Positions 1 through 14,794 of a stretch of DNA of 64,000 bases are shown here, piece after piece (the stretch's first letter is position 1; each line of letters opens with the position of its first letter). The translations under genes were made by a program, and so were the position numbers. The notes below the pieces were generated by a model. The model was not told the origin of the DNA, ran no database searches, and saw only the letters and a list, made by a program, of their open reading frames with translations. This DNA is from Eledone cirrhosa (Eukaryota): positions 315,022,001 through 315,086,000 of the forward strand of contig OZ024740.1 in assembly GCA_964016885.1 (NCBI GenBank), written 5' to 3'.

Positions 1-168
1 TTGTGGCTGTGCCGATTATTCCAGTTTAATAATTATATATTAACTATATCCTAGAAATGTGACGAAGTCCTGTGAAAATAGTGTTAAAATTCACTTTCTT
101 ATCAACACTATTCTACTAAATCCTTGATTTATTAAAATCCTTGATTATCTATTTGATCACCCCAAGCA

Positions 169-204
169 TTCCCTGGTGAAGAGTCTCGACTGAAACATCA
201 GAAC
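169..204 (+). ncRNA. Degenerate minimal hammerhead ribozyme relic
   Basis: ttcc-CTGGTGA-agagtc tc gact-GAAAC-ATC-agaa. The stem II hairpin is intact; the core has an A>G change and CpG-type decay of a likely GAAACGTCGG. Confidence 0.35.
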
Positions 205-329
205 TTTGCGCTACCTCATTGCACTGTGAGCAATGTTAGCCACATTTCGCTTAAATCAAACTCTACCTCTGATAAAAGGAAGAAATGATGACTGCTGGAA
301 CGCCTTTCGAAATAGGTCTGCTATAAATA

Positions 330-455
330 GCCACTATCATCACAAATCCACCACCACCATCCTCATCCTCATCATCCTTATCCTCATCGACATCCTCCTC
401 ATCCTCATCATCATCATTATCATCATCGTCATCATCATCAAAATCATCATCAACT
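330..455. repeat. (CAT/CCT)n low-complexity tract
   Basis: Imperfect trinucleotide repeat that explains ORFs 233..529 and 263..472. Confidence 0.85.
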
Positions 456-635
456 CTCCTCCTATTTTTCAATCATTCCTCTTCCTTTACCCCCATGTCT
501 TGATATATAACACAGTGAGATATGTATGACCCTCTCTATCGGAGGAGTATCATTTAATGCTGGAAACTTTTACAGTTAATCCAGAGCAAAGTCGTTGCCT
601 TGAAATGAAAGAGCAATCGTCTGTCCGAGTTAGAG

Positions 636-750
636 GTAAGACGAATTGGTCTGCAGCATCTAATCCGCGTCTTTGCCATCTAAATTCAAATTCTGCAGGG
701 TTAACTTTGCCTTTCAGATTTCCGGGCTGGATAAATGAAGTACCAGTCTA
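636..750 (+). mobile_element. Degenerate tRNA-derived SINE with Nin/Deu-type central domain
   Basis: ttcaaattctgcagggttaactttgcctttca...ataaatgaagtaccagt matches the SINE core repeated more than 30 times in the window. Confidence 0.65.
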
Positions 751-904
751 TAGCGGCGAACTGGAAGAATTTTAAAAATAATGCTCTGTTTTATTTGTTT
801 CGGCCATTTGCATTCTGAGTTCAGATTCCACCGTGGCCTACTTGGGTGTTAGATTTGTGAAGGAATGTGTGAATGCGGAAATATTTTCTTGTGCACGATG
901 CATT

Positions 905-1160
905 GAGGCGTGTGGTATATGTGTTGGATCTGCGATCATAGTCTCATGGACTGGATTCCTTGACTGAGTTGTGAGTTGTGTTTTTGAGTAAAACACTTCA
1001 TTTCACGTTGCTTCAGTATATTCAGCTGAAATTGAGTACCAGCAATAGCTGGGGGTTTAAACCTGCGATGGACTGGTGTGATGTCTAGTACTCTCAGTCA
1101 CTTTACACCACGGAAACCGGGATAAGCACCAGACTGGTGAGCCTCTGGATTCAAGACTTT
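905..1160 (+). mobile_element. tRNA-derived SINE with CORE-like domain
   Basis: tRNA-like head, then ttgtgtttttgagtaaaacacttcatttcacgttg (shared with the 18957 copy), and tail cctgcgatggactgg...cggaaaccgggataagc. Confidence 0.65.
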
Positions 1161-1179
1161 AGGCTATGTTTTTAGACTT

Positions 1180-1335
1180 GTGCATTCTGGGTTCAAATCC
1201 CGCCGATGTTAATTTTACCCTTCATCCTCCCGGTTAAATCAATAAAATAAAGTACCTGTAAATTACTGGACTCAATTTAATTGACTCCCTTTTCCCATAA
1301 AAATTATTGGCCTTGTGCCTAAAGTAAAAATTATT
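1180..1335 (+). mobile_element. Nin/Deu-type SINE, 5'-truncated
   Basis: ttctgggttcaaatcccgccga...ggccttgtgcctaaagtaaaaattattatt. Confidence 0.75.
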
Positions 1336-1819
1336 ATTTAAAGGAGAAACGTTATAATAAAATATCTCAGCTGTAAAATATCTCAGCTGTGTTGGATTCT
1401 TGATCCAACTGTACCAGCTAGCTTATCTCTAAAGTAGGGTTTTCAATACTAAAATATTTCACTCATACTGTTAGGCGCCACAGTAAATAAATATATCTAA
1501 AGTATAGCGCTGGGTCATTGTTTTAAATAAGATATTTTTATGAAGCAATAAAATTGTGATGGAAATCGCATGGCCTCCATATACAGATTAGTGAAATCAC
1601 ATCAGATTTACACTAAATCCATATAATCCTTTAAATCCTCGTTAGAATGTTAAGATATTGTTACAGCGACTAATCCTACAGTCATCAATTAAAATTCTGT
1701 ATAACAGACTATATGCGGACAGTTCTGCAATTCTTTTTAATGAAAATACTTTTAAATGGATCTAATGTTAAAGAAGAGATCTTTCAGTCTAGAAATAAAT
1801 ATTGTGGAATAATCATATA

Positions 1820-2222
1820 ATTGTTTCTAACATAGACACAAGGCTAAACATTTTGTGTAGATGATAAAGTGAATTATATTAACCTCAGTACTTGACTGGT
1901 ATTTTATTTGATAGACCTCGGCAAGATTTGAACTCAGAATGTAAAGAGCCGGAATAAATATCCTAAAGCATTTGTCCATCGCCCTAACAATTCTGCCAAT
2001 CCATCGTCAAATAACAATTTGATTTCTAATTTAGGCACAAGGTCAGCAATGTTGGGGGATTTAGCGACCCCAGTAATTGACAGGTACTTCAATTTATCGA
2101 CCCGTAAGGATGAAAGACAATACTAACCTCAGAGGAATTTGAAATCAGATCGTAAAGAGTCGTAACTCTATACCACAAAGCATGGTGTTCTACGCTCTAC
2201 TGATACTGCCAATCCATCGCCC
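1820..2222 (-). mobile_element. Two tandem Nin/Deu-type SINEs
   Basis: Two head-to-tail reverse-complement copies (~1820-2005 and ~2015-2222), each with gatttgaactcagaat-like B-box and ctgccaatccatcg head. Confidence 0.75.
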
Positions 2223-2301
2223 TGTAATAACCCTATAATAACTGAGAGAACCAGTCGTTGTCATTGTTTAGCTCCAGGAGAGTTTTCACCGCGCAAACCT
2301 T

Positions 2302-2487
2302 CGAAGGTCGGTTAAAAAGTTCATAGGCTGACAAAGATACTCTCATGGAATGATCAAATGAGGTTTATTTTACAACATTATCCCTGGAAAGAAACAATGT
2401 AGTTGTTGATAAAAGGAGTTGGAATTAATACATGCAAGATTTCACAGCCCTAGCATCACTCCTTCATAGTCAACCTATGAACTTTTC
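2302..2487. mobile_element. Mariner-derived MITE
   Basis: Left end cgaaggtcggttaaaaagttcataggctgac and right end gtcaacctatgaacttttc are inverted; same family as 9620-10422. Confidence 0.75.
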
Positions 2488-2904
2488 TTTCTTTTTGTGT
2501 GTTGTATGTGTATCAGGCGCAATATTTCTAAACGGACACTATTAAATGTATTCTTCGTTTAGGGTGGGTGGGGGTGGGGTTCTACTAAATTGTGGTTTGA
2601 TTGGAGATTTGGCTGTTATTTCTAGCGGGTCAAGTGACCAACTAGAAGGATTCTATTTTTTGTTGTAGTTGTAAACGTTGATTATCAGCAGTCTGTTATT
2701 ACCTGTCTCTTATTCGTGGTTTATAATCACCTGTCTACGGAAATACTGTGGAAATGTTACTGCTGCTTCAGTTGACCGTTACTAAGACAACCTATTGGGA
2801 AATACCCAATCAGTGTTACGAATATCTGCCAACAGATTGTAGACAGTTTCAGCCTACATATTGGAGACGGCAAAATACTAAATATTCCGCGATGACGACA
2901 TCCT

Positions 2905-3690
2905 CTTCCTCTCCCTCCATATCACCACTACTGCCACCACCACCAACACCACTATCAACACCGCTGCCACCACCACCATCAACACCACTATCACCACCGC
3001 TGTTACCACCACCAACACATACGCACCAACATCACCACGAACACAACTAAAACTACCATCAGCAACCCTACCACCACCACCACCACCACCACCACCACAC
3101 TACCACCACTACCACCACTACCACTACCAACAACAACAACACCACTACAACTCCTACCACCACCACCACCACTACAACCACAACCACCACAACCACCACA
3201 CTTAATATTACGACGACGACCACCACCACCACTACCACTACCACTACCACCACCACTACTACCACCCCTACTACCACCACCACCACCACCACTACCACCA
3301 CCACCACTACTACCCCTATCACCACCACCACCACCACCACCAATCACCACCAACACCATTAATATCACCACCACCACCACTACAACCACAACCACCACAA
3401 CCACCACACTTAATATTACGACGACGACCACCACCACCACTACCACCACCACTACTACCACCCCTACTACCACCACCACCACCACCACTACCACCACCAC
3501 TACTACCACCCATACCACCACCACCACCACCAATCACCACCAACACCATTAATATCACCATCACCACCACAATTAATACTACGACGACAACCACCACCAC
3601 TTCCACTACAACCACAACTATACTACAATAAAATATCGGCACCAAATCATCCATCACTCAAATACACCATCATCATCACTACAGCACACT
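2905..3690. repeat. (ACC/ACT)n low-complexity tract with internal duplications
   Basis: Poly-ACC with duplicated blocks such as cacttaatattacgacgacgacc; source of the poly-V/G ORFs. Confidence 0.9.
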
Positions 3691-3941
3691 TCAATATAGT
3701 AAAACATAGAAACATAAAAACCAAAATGGCGGACATTTGAATCCGACAACATTCACAAAACTAACAGTAAAATATTATTTAGACTAATTAGCAACAACAA
3801 TGGTCGCACCACACCACATATCACAATATAAACCCCTAATAACATACCCATACTAAGACACTTAGAAACATCCTTATTTTCAGTCATTTCTCGAAAATCA
3901 GCCACTAAGAAACCACACAAAGAAGAGAAGATCACGAAATT

Positions 3942-4048
<107 letters not shown>

Positions 4049-4542
4049 TCGGCTGCGTTTGTCTGTTTCTCTCTTACTGCTTCCCCGCTCTCTCTGTTTC
4101 TCTCACCTTCTTTCGCCCCCTCTGTCAGTTACACTTTCTCTCGACTGGCCACTTCCACTCACTCACTCTCTGTTTCTCACCTTCTCACTTCCTCCCGTTT
4201 GGCCTGTGTGGGTTCTCTTCTTGCTCACATCTCACTCACGTCGGATGGTCTGTATCTCGCTCGCTCATGAAATCCACCCAGCTTAAGCTGACCGGATAAC
4301 CATGTTGCTTGTTTTTTCCTATCTTTACGTTGCTATCAATCCTTCTATGTTTGTTTACTTGTCTCGCCCGCTTTACGCGATTTACTTGTCCCAATAGCTT
4401 TATTTAGCTATTGCTCGCACCAACCGGAGGTATATGATTTTTAAAGCGATGAAATACCAATGAAGGTTGGAAAATCACTGACGAAGGACTATTTTTATCA
4501 TATGTAACCCATGTGCAACCACGCAGTATTCATTCTTCTCAT

Positions 4543-4576
<34 letters not shown>

Positions 4577-4582
4577 TATGTA

Positions 4583-4885
4583 TGGTCCCATAACTCCTGA
4601 TAGAGTCGGCATTTCTTGGGCATTGTAAGCCTGGCGGAGCCCATCCTTTCTCCAGGCCTGAGTATAGCAGACTTCTTCCAGAGAAAGATAGAAAATGAGT
4701 GAGAGACGAAAATGAGAAAGAGATATAGAGGAATAATCGACCTCAGTATTTGACTGGTAATTTTTTATCGACCTCGAAAGGATGAAAGGCAAAGTTGACT
4801 TCGACGGGATTTGAACTGAGAGAACAGAGAGCTGAAATGAATACCATACACCATTCTATCCGACGTTCTAACACAATTGCCACCA
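4583..4885 (-). mobile_element. Long-tail Nin/Deu SINE subfamily (here SINE-A)
   Basis: ggtcccataactcctg...cctggcggagcccatc...aggatgaaaggcaaagttgac...gatttgaactgag; homologous to 15818, 20700, 25820, 28257, 43510 and 45420. Confidence 0.8.
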
Positions 4886-5232
4886 CGGTTTTGATCCCTT
4901 TCTTTTATTAGACACATAAAAAGCAACAATAGGAAAATCTAAAAAAAAAAAAAAGAAGAAAAAAAGAAAAATCTTCAGGGCCCGGTAAAATTACAAGCCT
5001 GAAAGAATTGCTGCATTTACAACTGCAAATAATTGTACTAACACAACAATTCTTAGAATCTCAACGCTGAGCAAAATTATAACACAACCTCAAGTAAAAT
5101 AACATCCTACAGACCTTATTGCCTTACTATGCAAACCTTAAAAAAATATAAACAAATTAATTATTATTATTATCATCCTTCCGGAGTTGATCAAATAAAC
5201 TACCAGTAATGCACTGTGCCAAATGTAGAAAA

Positions 5233-5334
<102 letters not shown>

Positions 5335-5425
5335 GGGCGGTGGATTGGCAGTATCGGTAGAGGGTCGGACGCCATGCTTTCCAGCATAGTTACCTCCCTT
5401 TACGATCTGAGTTCAAATCCCGCCG

Positions 5426-5739
5426 AGTCATACCCAACGTATCAATTGTTTTGCATTTTGAAATGATGAAAATAGCATTTTCTATTAATCATCACCATCA
5501 ACATCACTTTTATTATTATTATTATTGTTGTTGTTGTTGTTGTTAGTGGTCGTGGTCATAGTGGTAGTAGAAGTAATACCCCTAGGCGTTATTATTGTTC
5601 ATTTAGCTTGGGTTTGAATTTATCAATAAAATTCTTTTCTTTATAATAATAATAAAAGTGATGTTGATGGTGATGATTAATAGAAAATGCTATTTTCATC
5701 ATTTCAAAAAGCAAAACAATTGATACGTTGGGTATGACT
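5426..5739. repeat. Inverted repeat with ~97-bp arms (5426-5522 / 5643-5739)
   Basis: agtcatacccaacgtatcaattg...acatcacttttattatt versus its reverse complement; one mismatch seen. Confidence 0.9.
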
Positions 5740-5947
5740 ATTGGTCGTTAGCATGCTCAACCAGCCGTGACGCTTAAACCAATCAGCTGTAGTAATTCAG
5801 TGAAACTACACACTGATTGGTCGAAATACAGTTTACAGGGCTTTGCATTCTGGAGCCACTTTTCTCTGTATAAAATGTATAAAAGGTAGTAAATTTACCC
5901 ATCTCATTACAGTTGAAAATTGCAAACTCGACTGTCACCACATATCA

Positions 5948-5986
5948 TGAACCTGAAGATTGCGAAAGCATGAAAGTACTTGTTCA
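5948..5986 (+). ncRNA. Minimal type I hammerhead ribozyme
   Basis: TGAAC-CTGAAGA-T-TGC GAAA GCA-T-GAAAG TA CTT-GTTCA: 5-bp stem I, GNRA-capped stem II, palindromic stem III (AAGTACTT). Confidence 0.75.
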
Positions 5987-6204
5987 ATTAACACTTAGAA
6001 TTTAATATTCTATCATACTATTTCATTATAATACCATATTATATATATTTTAAAGGATTGTAAATAAAACGAGTAAATCAGACAAAGTTGGAATTCCTCT
6101 TATTAATATATATATATGCAGAGGTTATATTTAATTTGTTGGGATTCAACAAGCTTAAACATTTTTATAACTGATATAAAGCACTCAACAGATAAGTGGA
6201 GTAA

Positions 6205-6343
6205 ATATACAATATATTAATAAATGGAAACTATATTTATAAAACCATAATTATTTTATTATATATATTTCAAGGGCGACCAAGGTAAATTTTTCCGGGT
6301 ATGTCAATATTTATTTATAAATATAGTTTCCATTTATTAATAT

Positions 6344-6352
<9 letters not shown>
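6205..6352. repeat. Inverted repeat with 39-bp arms, abutting (TA)n
   Basis: atatacaatatattaataaatggaaactatatttataaa at 6205-6243 and its exact reverse complement at 6314-6352. Confidence 0.85.
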
Positions 6353-6406
<54 letters not shown>

Positions 6407-6713
6407 TATGAAATATTTAAATTAAACAAATAAATAGAAATCAATTAAAGAAAAATAAAGTAACATTGCAAAAGAATGGGGATAAAGAGGAGAAAGGGCA
6501 AGGATTGTTGACATCACTAAAAAAACATCTACGCATTTCCCTAAATCATAATTTGATTCATACCACTGCATTCAACCACCGTACTACTCGCATATCTACC
6601 TAAACAAACATGGTGGCTTCAACAACATAAATATCTGCCACGCATACTATTTTAATCACCATCAAATACCCTGCCTTTTTTCTTACCCGTGAATATCAGA
6701 AAACATCAAATAA

Positions 6714-7065
6714 TAAGAGTACAACCTGCTCATGGTCGAGTTGTCAGTGACTAAACCGGCTACCCCACCGCCAGACCTTGGTCTGGGGAAGAGGGTAAGT
6801 GGAACCCCAGTAGCAAAAAAACAACAACAACAAAAAAAAAACAATAAAAAAACAAGAGCTGCAAAAAAGGCGGATGAACTCCTCAGAGTCAAGACCAACC
6901 ACCTCAACTATGGGCTAAATAGCCTCACCAACCCGCAATTAGCCAAGCGTGGTGAGTACGGTTACACCCCTGGCCTGATCAAAACCAAACAGAAAGCGGT
7001 GGAGGTCAACCAGGGAAGGGGTTCCTCCAACAGTAAGAAGAATGCCCCGGATTGGATTGGATTGA
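6714..7065 (+). mobile_element. Dispersed repeat, probably RTE-LINE 5' UTR-derived or an RTE-related SINE
   Basis: gtacaacctgctcatggtcgagttgtcagtgactaaaccggctacccc is homologous to 58255-58432; ends in (GATTG)n. Confidence 0.5.
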
Positions 7066-7354
7066 ATTGGATATATAGAGTACATTCACGGACGACTTGC
7101 ACAACGAACAACGGAAGACTATCTGTATCAAAGGTACACATTTTGTTGCTGCAAACATGCTTTTGCATCGACAGTCCCTGCCACTATATGAAAAATCAAA
7201 AAACCTTAAAACATTCCAAAAGCAACAATAGGAAAATCTACAGCACCCCAGAACATTATTGCGACAGCATCTTAAATCATTATCTTTTCCACTCAGCGCA
7301 GACAAACATAAAAACACACTAACAAAAGCAACTAAAATATCAATGATACCACTA

Positions 7355-7525
7355 ACACAAATACAAGGGAAAAGGGCCAGGGGACGACAGAAAAGGAGAT
7401 GGACGGATGATATAAAGGAATGGACAGGAAGGAGTTTGGCGGAATGTACGGCAATGCCAAGAGACAGGAGAAGATGGAGAGTGCTGGTCCATGAGTCCAC
7501 GAACTCCAACCCTCAGATATAAGGA
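7355..7525 (+). pseudogene. RTE-clade LINE ORF C-terminal fragment
   Basis: IQGKRARGRQKRRWTDDIKEWTG...RDRRRWRVLV is the typical RTE C-terminal motif. Confidence 0.85.
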
Positions 7526-7939
7526 TGGGATGAGGCTATAGGCTACTAACACAAAGCTGCTGGAATGCTGGGACAATAACTGTCGCGCTCTTATCTGGCA
7601 GAGCTTGCCCGTCGTTATTGTGTCCAGCCCCAGAATTTACGGTCATACAGAAATAGACTGGACAATGAAAAGAGAGTGAGAAGTCCAGAATGTGAACAAT
7701 CCATAGTACAGCATACTATCGAGTTCACCTCTGGATATCGTCTTACACGGTATGGTCACCAGCTAAGCGGAAACACAGTAAAGCTGTGACCTGTGTTGCA
7801 CCTCACTTCTAGCTGACTACTTAAATTCTATGAGTGCTTCATCGGAGTTGACTTACGCTTTCACAACAGCAACAACAACAACAAGAACAGCATTGATCTT
7901 TGTTCTCATCGATCGACAAAATCCCAGACCTCATTCGCT

Positions 7940-8140
7940 TGCCGAGGGAGGTGGACCTCGTCAAATCGGACCAAGGAAGCAATGTTTCCACTGGTCTTTC
8001 CCTTCGTGATACTACCTACCAGTCGCAACGTGAAACAAAGTGTCTTTCTCAAGGACACAACGCATCACCCGGTCCGAGAATTGAACTCGCAATCTAGTGA
8101 TTGCGAATCCAACTCTCTTACCACTAAGCCACTCGCCTTC
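7940..8140 (-). mobile_element. CORE-like tRNA SINE
   Basis: caacgtgaaacaaagtgtctttctcaaggacacaacgc...gaattgaactc...accactaagccactcgcctt. Confidence 0.75.
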
Positions 8141-8369
8141 ACAAACACTACCATAGCGCACTACAACCTCAGCACTTATTACCACGGCACACCATACCCA
8201 CAACACAACAATATACATATGCAGCAAGTTGACACCGCATCACAACATACACCACGACCACTACCAACACTCACACCAATTGCTTTCCAGGTCAGTTGAG
8301 TGTATTCAAAACAAATCTTTAACACAGATTTCCTTATGTTGTATATGTACTGTATGTATGTGTCTATTT

Positions 8370-9405
<1,036 letters not shown>

Positions 9406-9619
9406 CTAACTGGGAGGTACGTCCAGATCCCACCCCTTATTGTACAGTAATATCACATTTCTGTATAACTCAATAGGTTCACACAATAGAATATGTTGGA
9501 GCAATGTAAGGAAAACGTATTATGACAGTTGCTGAAGTAACTTACATTGGAGAGGTCAAATTTTGTAAATCTTTATTAAACTGATTTTTCCGACACAGAT
9601 CACTGCAAACACTGTCGAC

Positions 9620-10422
9620 TGAAGCGCTCATAGGCTGACCAAGATACTCTCATGGAACGACCAAATGAGCTTCATTTTTCACTCATTCTAGGCTGACCAA
9701 AATACTCTCATGGAACGACCAAATGAGCTTAATTGTTCATTCCTTCAATGAGCTGATTAAGATACCCTCATGGAATGAACACATGAGCTTAATTTTTCAC
9801 TCCTTCATAGGCTGACCAAGATACACTCATGGAATGAACACATGAGCTTAATTTTTCACTCCTTCATAGGCTGACCAAGATACACTCATGGAATGAACAC
9901 ATGAGCTTAATTTTTCACTCCTTCATAGGCTGACCAAGATACACTCATGGAATGAACACATGAGCTTAATTTTTCACTCCTTCATAGGCTGACCAAGATA
10001 CACTCATGGAATGAACACATGAGCTTTATTTTTCACCCTTCATAGGCTGACCAAGATACTCTCATAGAATGACTAAATGAGCTTAATTTTTCATTCCTTC
10101 ATAAGCTGACCAAGATACTCTCATGAAACGATCAAATGAGGTTTATTTTTCAACCTATTCTCTGGAAAGAAATAATGCAGTTATTGATAATAATAGTTGA
10201 AATTAATGCATGCTAGATTTCACAGCTCTAGCATTACTCCTTCATAAGCTGACCATGATACTTTCATGGAATGACCAAATGAGGTTTATTTTTCAACATA
10301 GTTCCTGGAAAGAAACAGTACAGTTATTTATAAGAAGAATTGAAATTAATGTATGCAAGATTTCACATCTCTAGCATCACTCCTTTATAGACAGCCTATG
10401 AACGTGTCAGCTCACCCTCGTA
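9620..10422. mobile_element. Mariner MITE expanded internally into a tandem array (8 x ~59 bp + 2 x ~143 bp)
   Basis: gctgac anchor at 9634, 9692, 9752, 9811, 9870, 9929, 9988, 10046, 10105 and 10248; ends in the TIR cagcctatgaacgtgtcagctcaccctcg followed by TA. Confidence 0.85.
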
Positions 10423-10749
10423 TATTGCAATAGTTTAGAATTTGAAAGACCGACACATATTCGATTACTTCCAGAAATAAGGTTGAGAAATTTGGTAGCC
10501 AGTTGAAACGCTTCAATAACTATCTATGCAATTAGTAAACAAAACGTCCCTCTATGGATGTTGAAAATCTACAAACTGTTGCTTTTCATTACTAGTGTCA
10601 GCGTTCGCTCTATTCCTATGTATACTGATCACTTCTAAGCCTTGTTAACTAAGCGGAGCATGCTTCATTGATGACATCTAAGAAGATTGGAACATGGCCG
10701 TTGCTTTAATCAGAGTAACCAATAACACTCAATAATCTAGTGGCCTCAG

Positions 10750-10915
10750 TAATAATTGTTTCTACTTTAGGCACAAGGCCAGCAATTACCCCAGTGCATT
10801 ACTGGTACTTTATTTTATCGACCCCGTAAGGAAGAAAGGCAAAGTTAACCTCGGCGGGATTTGAATTCAGATCGTAAAGGGCCATAACTCTATGCTGCAA
10901 AGTATGGATCAGTAA
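10750..10915 (-). mobile_element. Short young Nin/Deu SINE subfamily (here SINE-B)
   Basis: aataattgtttctactttaggcacaaggccagcaattacc...aggcaaagttaacctcggcgggatttgaattcag; tcagtaataat flanks both sides (TSD-like). Confidence 0.85.
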
Positions 10916-10934
10916 TAATACAATTTTAATATTC

Positions 10935-11085
10935 TTAAGTGAACACTAAAAGAATAAGCGAGTCTCGGCCGAAAAACAAGAAAAGCAATGACTACCACCG
11001 AAAATCAAAATGTAGAAAGCTTACACTTACCATGTTAAGAGCTTATGGAACTAGAACCTATTATCTATATATATAAAACTGAGGA

Positions 11086-11152
<67 letters not shown>

Positions 11153-12575
11153 TTGAATCCCTAAAACTCGAGAAGTACCCAACCGATGTTTTTCAAACTT
11201 TATATGTGTATTACTTATGTTTCAGGAAGTGTTATGCACATAAAAGAATTTAACTTTTTGATCCCCTAGGGCCCGCATTAGGTGAAAAAGTGCGTTTTTT
11301 CCCAGCTTTTTAGGGCTTTTTTGAGGCGCTACGTCTAGCCGATTTTCCCGAAATTTCAAGGCATATTATGCACATAAAAAAAATCATTTTCTTGATCCCC
11401 TAAGGCCAGCATTAGGTGAAAACCTGTATTTTTCCTGCTTCATCGAGGAAAATCTTAAAGATTATCCAGCCATCAGAGTATTCGGTTTATTTTCTTTACA
11501 TATTGTTCAGACATGCAGTTTTTCCACGATTAGGTCTGTTGGCGGCCCGCGTTCCAAAATACTTTATCCCGTGCAACGCCGGGTACTACTTCTAGTATAT
11601 TATAAAGTGCAGGAATACAAAACTACCAAATGAAGAATTATGAAGAGTTAACACAAATAGTTACAAAGGATGAACAAAGTGAAAAATTGTCTTCTATCTT
11701 TAAGGAAGCCAACAAGTACAAAACAAAAGCTGAATAGGCAAACACTTATAAAGTATGAAATAAAAAGAAGAAACAAACACATGAGGTGGTTAAACAACTA
11801 AAAATCTAAATTGAAAGCAAAACTCCAGAATGTCATGCTAAAGCGACAAAAAAAACCTTGCATGGCCAATACCCGAAAATGCTGAATAAGGAGGAAGTTG
11901 TCAAAGAAAATAGACAACACTAGCTTGAAATGTTTGACTCAAAGTCAAGAAACGCTTCACTCAAAGCCGAGACTGAAGGATTCCTAACTATATCACAAGA
12001 TCAAAACCACCAGAAAGCACCAACAGACCATAATGAAGTAGAACATAGTAACTGAAGAATATGGAGCCAGGGAAGAAACAATTAACTATATTATCTCTGG
12101 CTATATTATCCACAGGCATTATAGTGTTGGGATTTATATACACTGGATGTTATGTCAACACTACAAAGTGGTATAGACATACACCAGAGAAAGTATCATG
12201 GAATGAGAAAACAACAATACTCTGGGATATGACAATGTACGCAAACAGGGAGATCAAAGCCAATCGATGAGATAGTGTAGTCAAAGACCACAAAGAACAG
12301 AAATGTCTCTTAGTTAATTTATCAGTCCCATAGACGACAATTTATCTCTCAAAGAAACCGAAAAATTCTCCAAATAAAAGATCAGGAAACAGAAATAACC
12401 CGAATGTGGATGATAAAAATTGAGAACACGGTTTATAAAATAGGTACTCTGAGAATAACAGACACACAGACATTTACTTACATATACAAAACTAAGCATT
12501 ACATGCACATCATGAAGAGTACTTTCAATAGAACAGATACAGCAAAAACAGCACTGCACATATCTAAGTCGCACA
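10935..12575 (+). pseudogene. Decayed R4/Dong-clade non-LTR retrotransposon (RT thumb to RLE endonuclease), interrupted by a Helitron
   Basis: Fragments GRKTRKAMT, LHGQY, LKAETEGFL..SQDQ and WYRHTPEKV..NEKTTILWDM....REIKANR*DSVVKDHKEQKCL; many stops and frameshifts. Confidence 0.75.
11064..11595 (+). mobile_element. Non-autonomous Helitron
   Basis: 5' TCTATATATATAAAACTG plus (GT)n; 3' hairpin cccgtgcaacgccggg and CTAG; inserted between A and T with no TSD. Confidence 0.85.
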
Positions 12576-12619
12576 GAGCAGTGCTCGGTAATGCAGTGAC
12601 AGTGCGCAATAGATATGAT

Positions 12620-12925
12620 AATAATAATTGTTACTACGTTTGGCACAAGGCCAGCAATTACCCAGTGCATTACTGGTACTTTATCTTATCGACCCCGTAA
12701 GGATGAAAGGCAAAGTTAACCTCGGCGAGATTTGAACTCAGAATGGCGAGGGCCGTAACTCTATACGTCATTAGGCACAAGGCCAACAATTTTTGAAGGT
12801 GGAGTTGATTAAATCGACCCCAGTGCGTTACTGGTACGTTATTTCACCGACCCCGTAAGGATGAAAGGTAAAGCTAACGTCGACGGCATTTGGACTCAAA
12901 ACGTAACGGGCCGTAACTCTCTGTC
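12620..12925 (-). mobile_element. Tandem pair of Nin/Deu SINEs
   Basis: Copies at ~12620-12770 and ~12771-12925. Confidence 0.8.
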
Positions 12926-12929
12926 GCGA

Positions 12930-13060
12930 TATAAAGTGTATAACCAGCTGGAAAACCTACTAAAGGTCGTTCTTAAATTCAACAAAGACATAAAAGAATA
13001 AGGAATTAGAACAAAAATATGCAAAAACTACTATGAGAACACGAAAATATTTGTACACTG
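12930..13060 (+). pseudogene. R4-like RT fragment
   Basis: NQLENLLKVVLKFNKDIK resembles the region after YxDD in R4-clade RTs. Confidence 0.45.
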
Positions 13061-13562
13061 ATAGAGATCTTGAGCTATTCTAACCCAAATATTACCTGAA
13101 AGAAAGTAAAGAAATTGGAGTTTAAGCTAAGAAGATAAAAAGACGGAACTAGCTACCATTAAACATCTACTGCACCGGCTACCGTATCTGCCTTGCACCA
13201 CCCATAAATGCACCGTTCGCTTTAATTTTTCTTTCTTTGCCATCAGCTTGCAAACAACCACTGATGACTTCATTGACAATTGATATAAGATTATCATGGA
13301 CATTTTATAGGGGGATACAGGAGTTGTATCTCCTTACTTTGCACCAGGTATCATCTTTTTAATGACGTCATTTTATCAGTTAAATAGAGATAAATACGCC
13401 GGAACAAATACAGCGAAGTATTTTGTCCACCGCTCTAACAATTCCGCCATTTCCATGTCACAGTTCCTTACACCTGAAAGTTAACAGGATTGATCAGATC
13501 AAGAAAGGTCAAGCTCATTGATTATATTGCACTAGTGCGTGGGATAGATACATATTTATGTT

Positions 13563-14345
<783 letters not shown>

Positions 14346-14794
14346 GAAAGAGAGGGAGAGAAATAATGTGCATGTAAGTAATTGTGTTTGTGCGTATATG
14401 TAGGGATTGCTTGTGTGTATGTGTGTGTTTAAGGATAAAGATGGGTGTTGTCTGAATCTGTGCCATTTGTTCAAGAAATGCTTTAAGTGGTAGTGAGAAA
14501 GTCTATGTCGTGCGGTTTGATCAAAGCTTCTATGAAACTAGAGAGTGAGAACCGTTTATAAATCTATGTGTGAATAATAATACCTTTGTCAACAGTTTGA
14601 GGCTTGAACTTTGACCCTTTACAAAAAAATATATACTTTCTTCTCCCATAACATAACCCCAACACTTTATGGATCACTGAGAAATATCAGCTCAGTACAA
14701 TGACACCGCGCTTAGTGCTACTCCATTTATCACTGATTTGTGATAGCGCTCTTTTTTCTTGGAGACAATATTTTAAGTGAGATAGCCCTGTATT

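Noticed and set aside
6732-7322. 196-aa ORF
   Set aside because: It runs across a dispersed repeat, an A-rich tract and decayed LINE-like sequence, so it is a chance read-through.
9620-10422. CRISPR-like regular array
   Set aside because: Whole units repeat with no unique spacers, they derive from a mariner MITE, and the context is eukaryotic with no cas genes.
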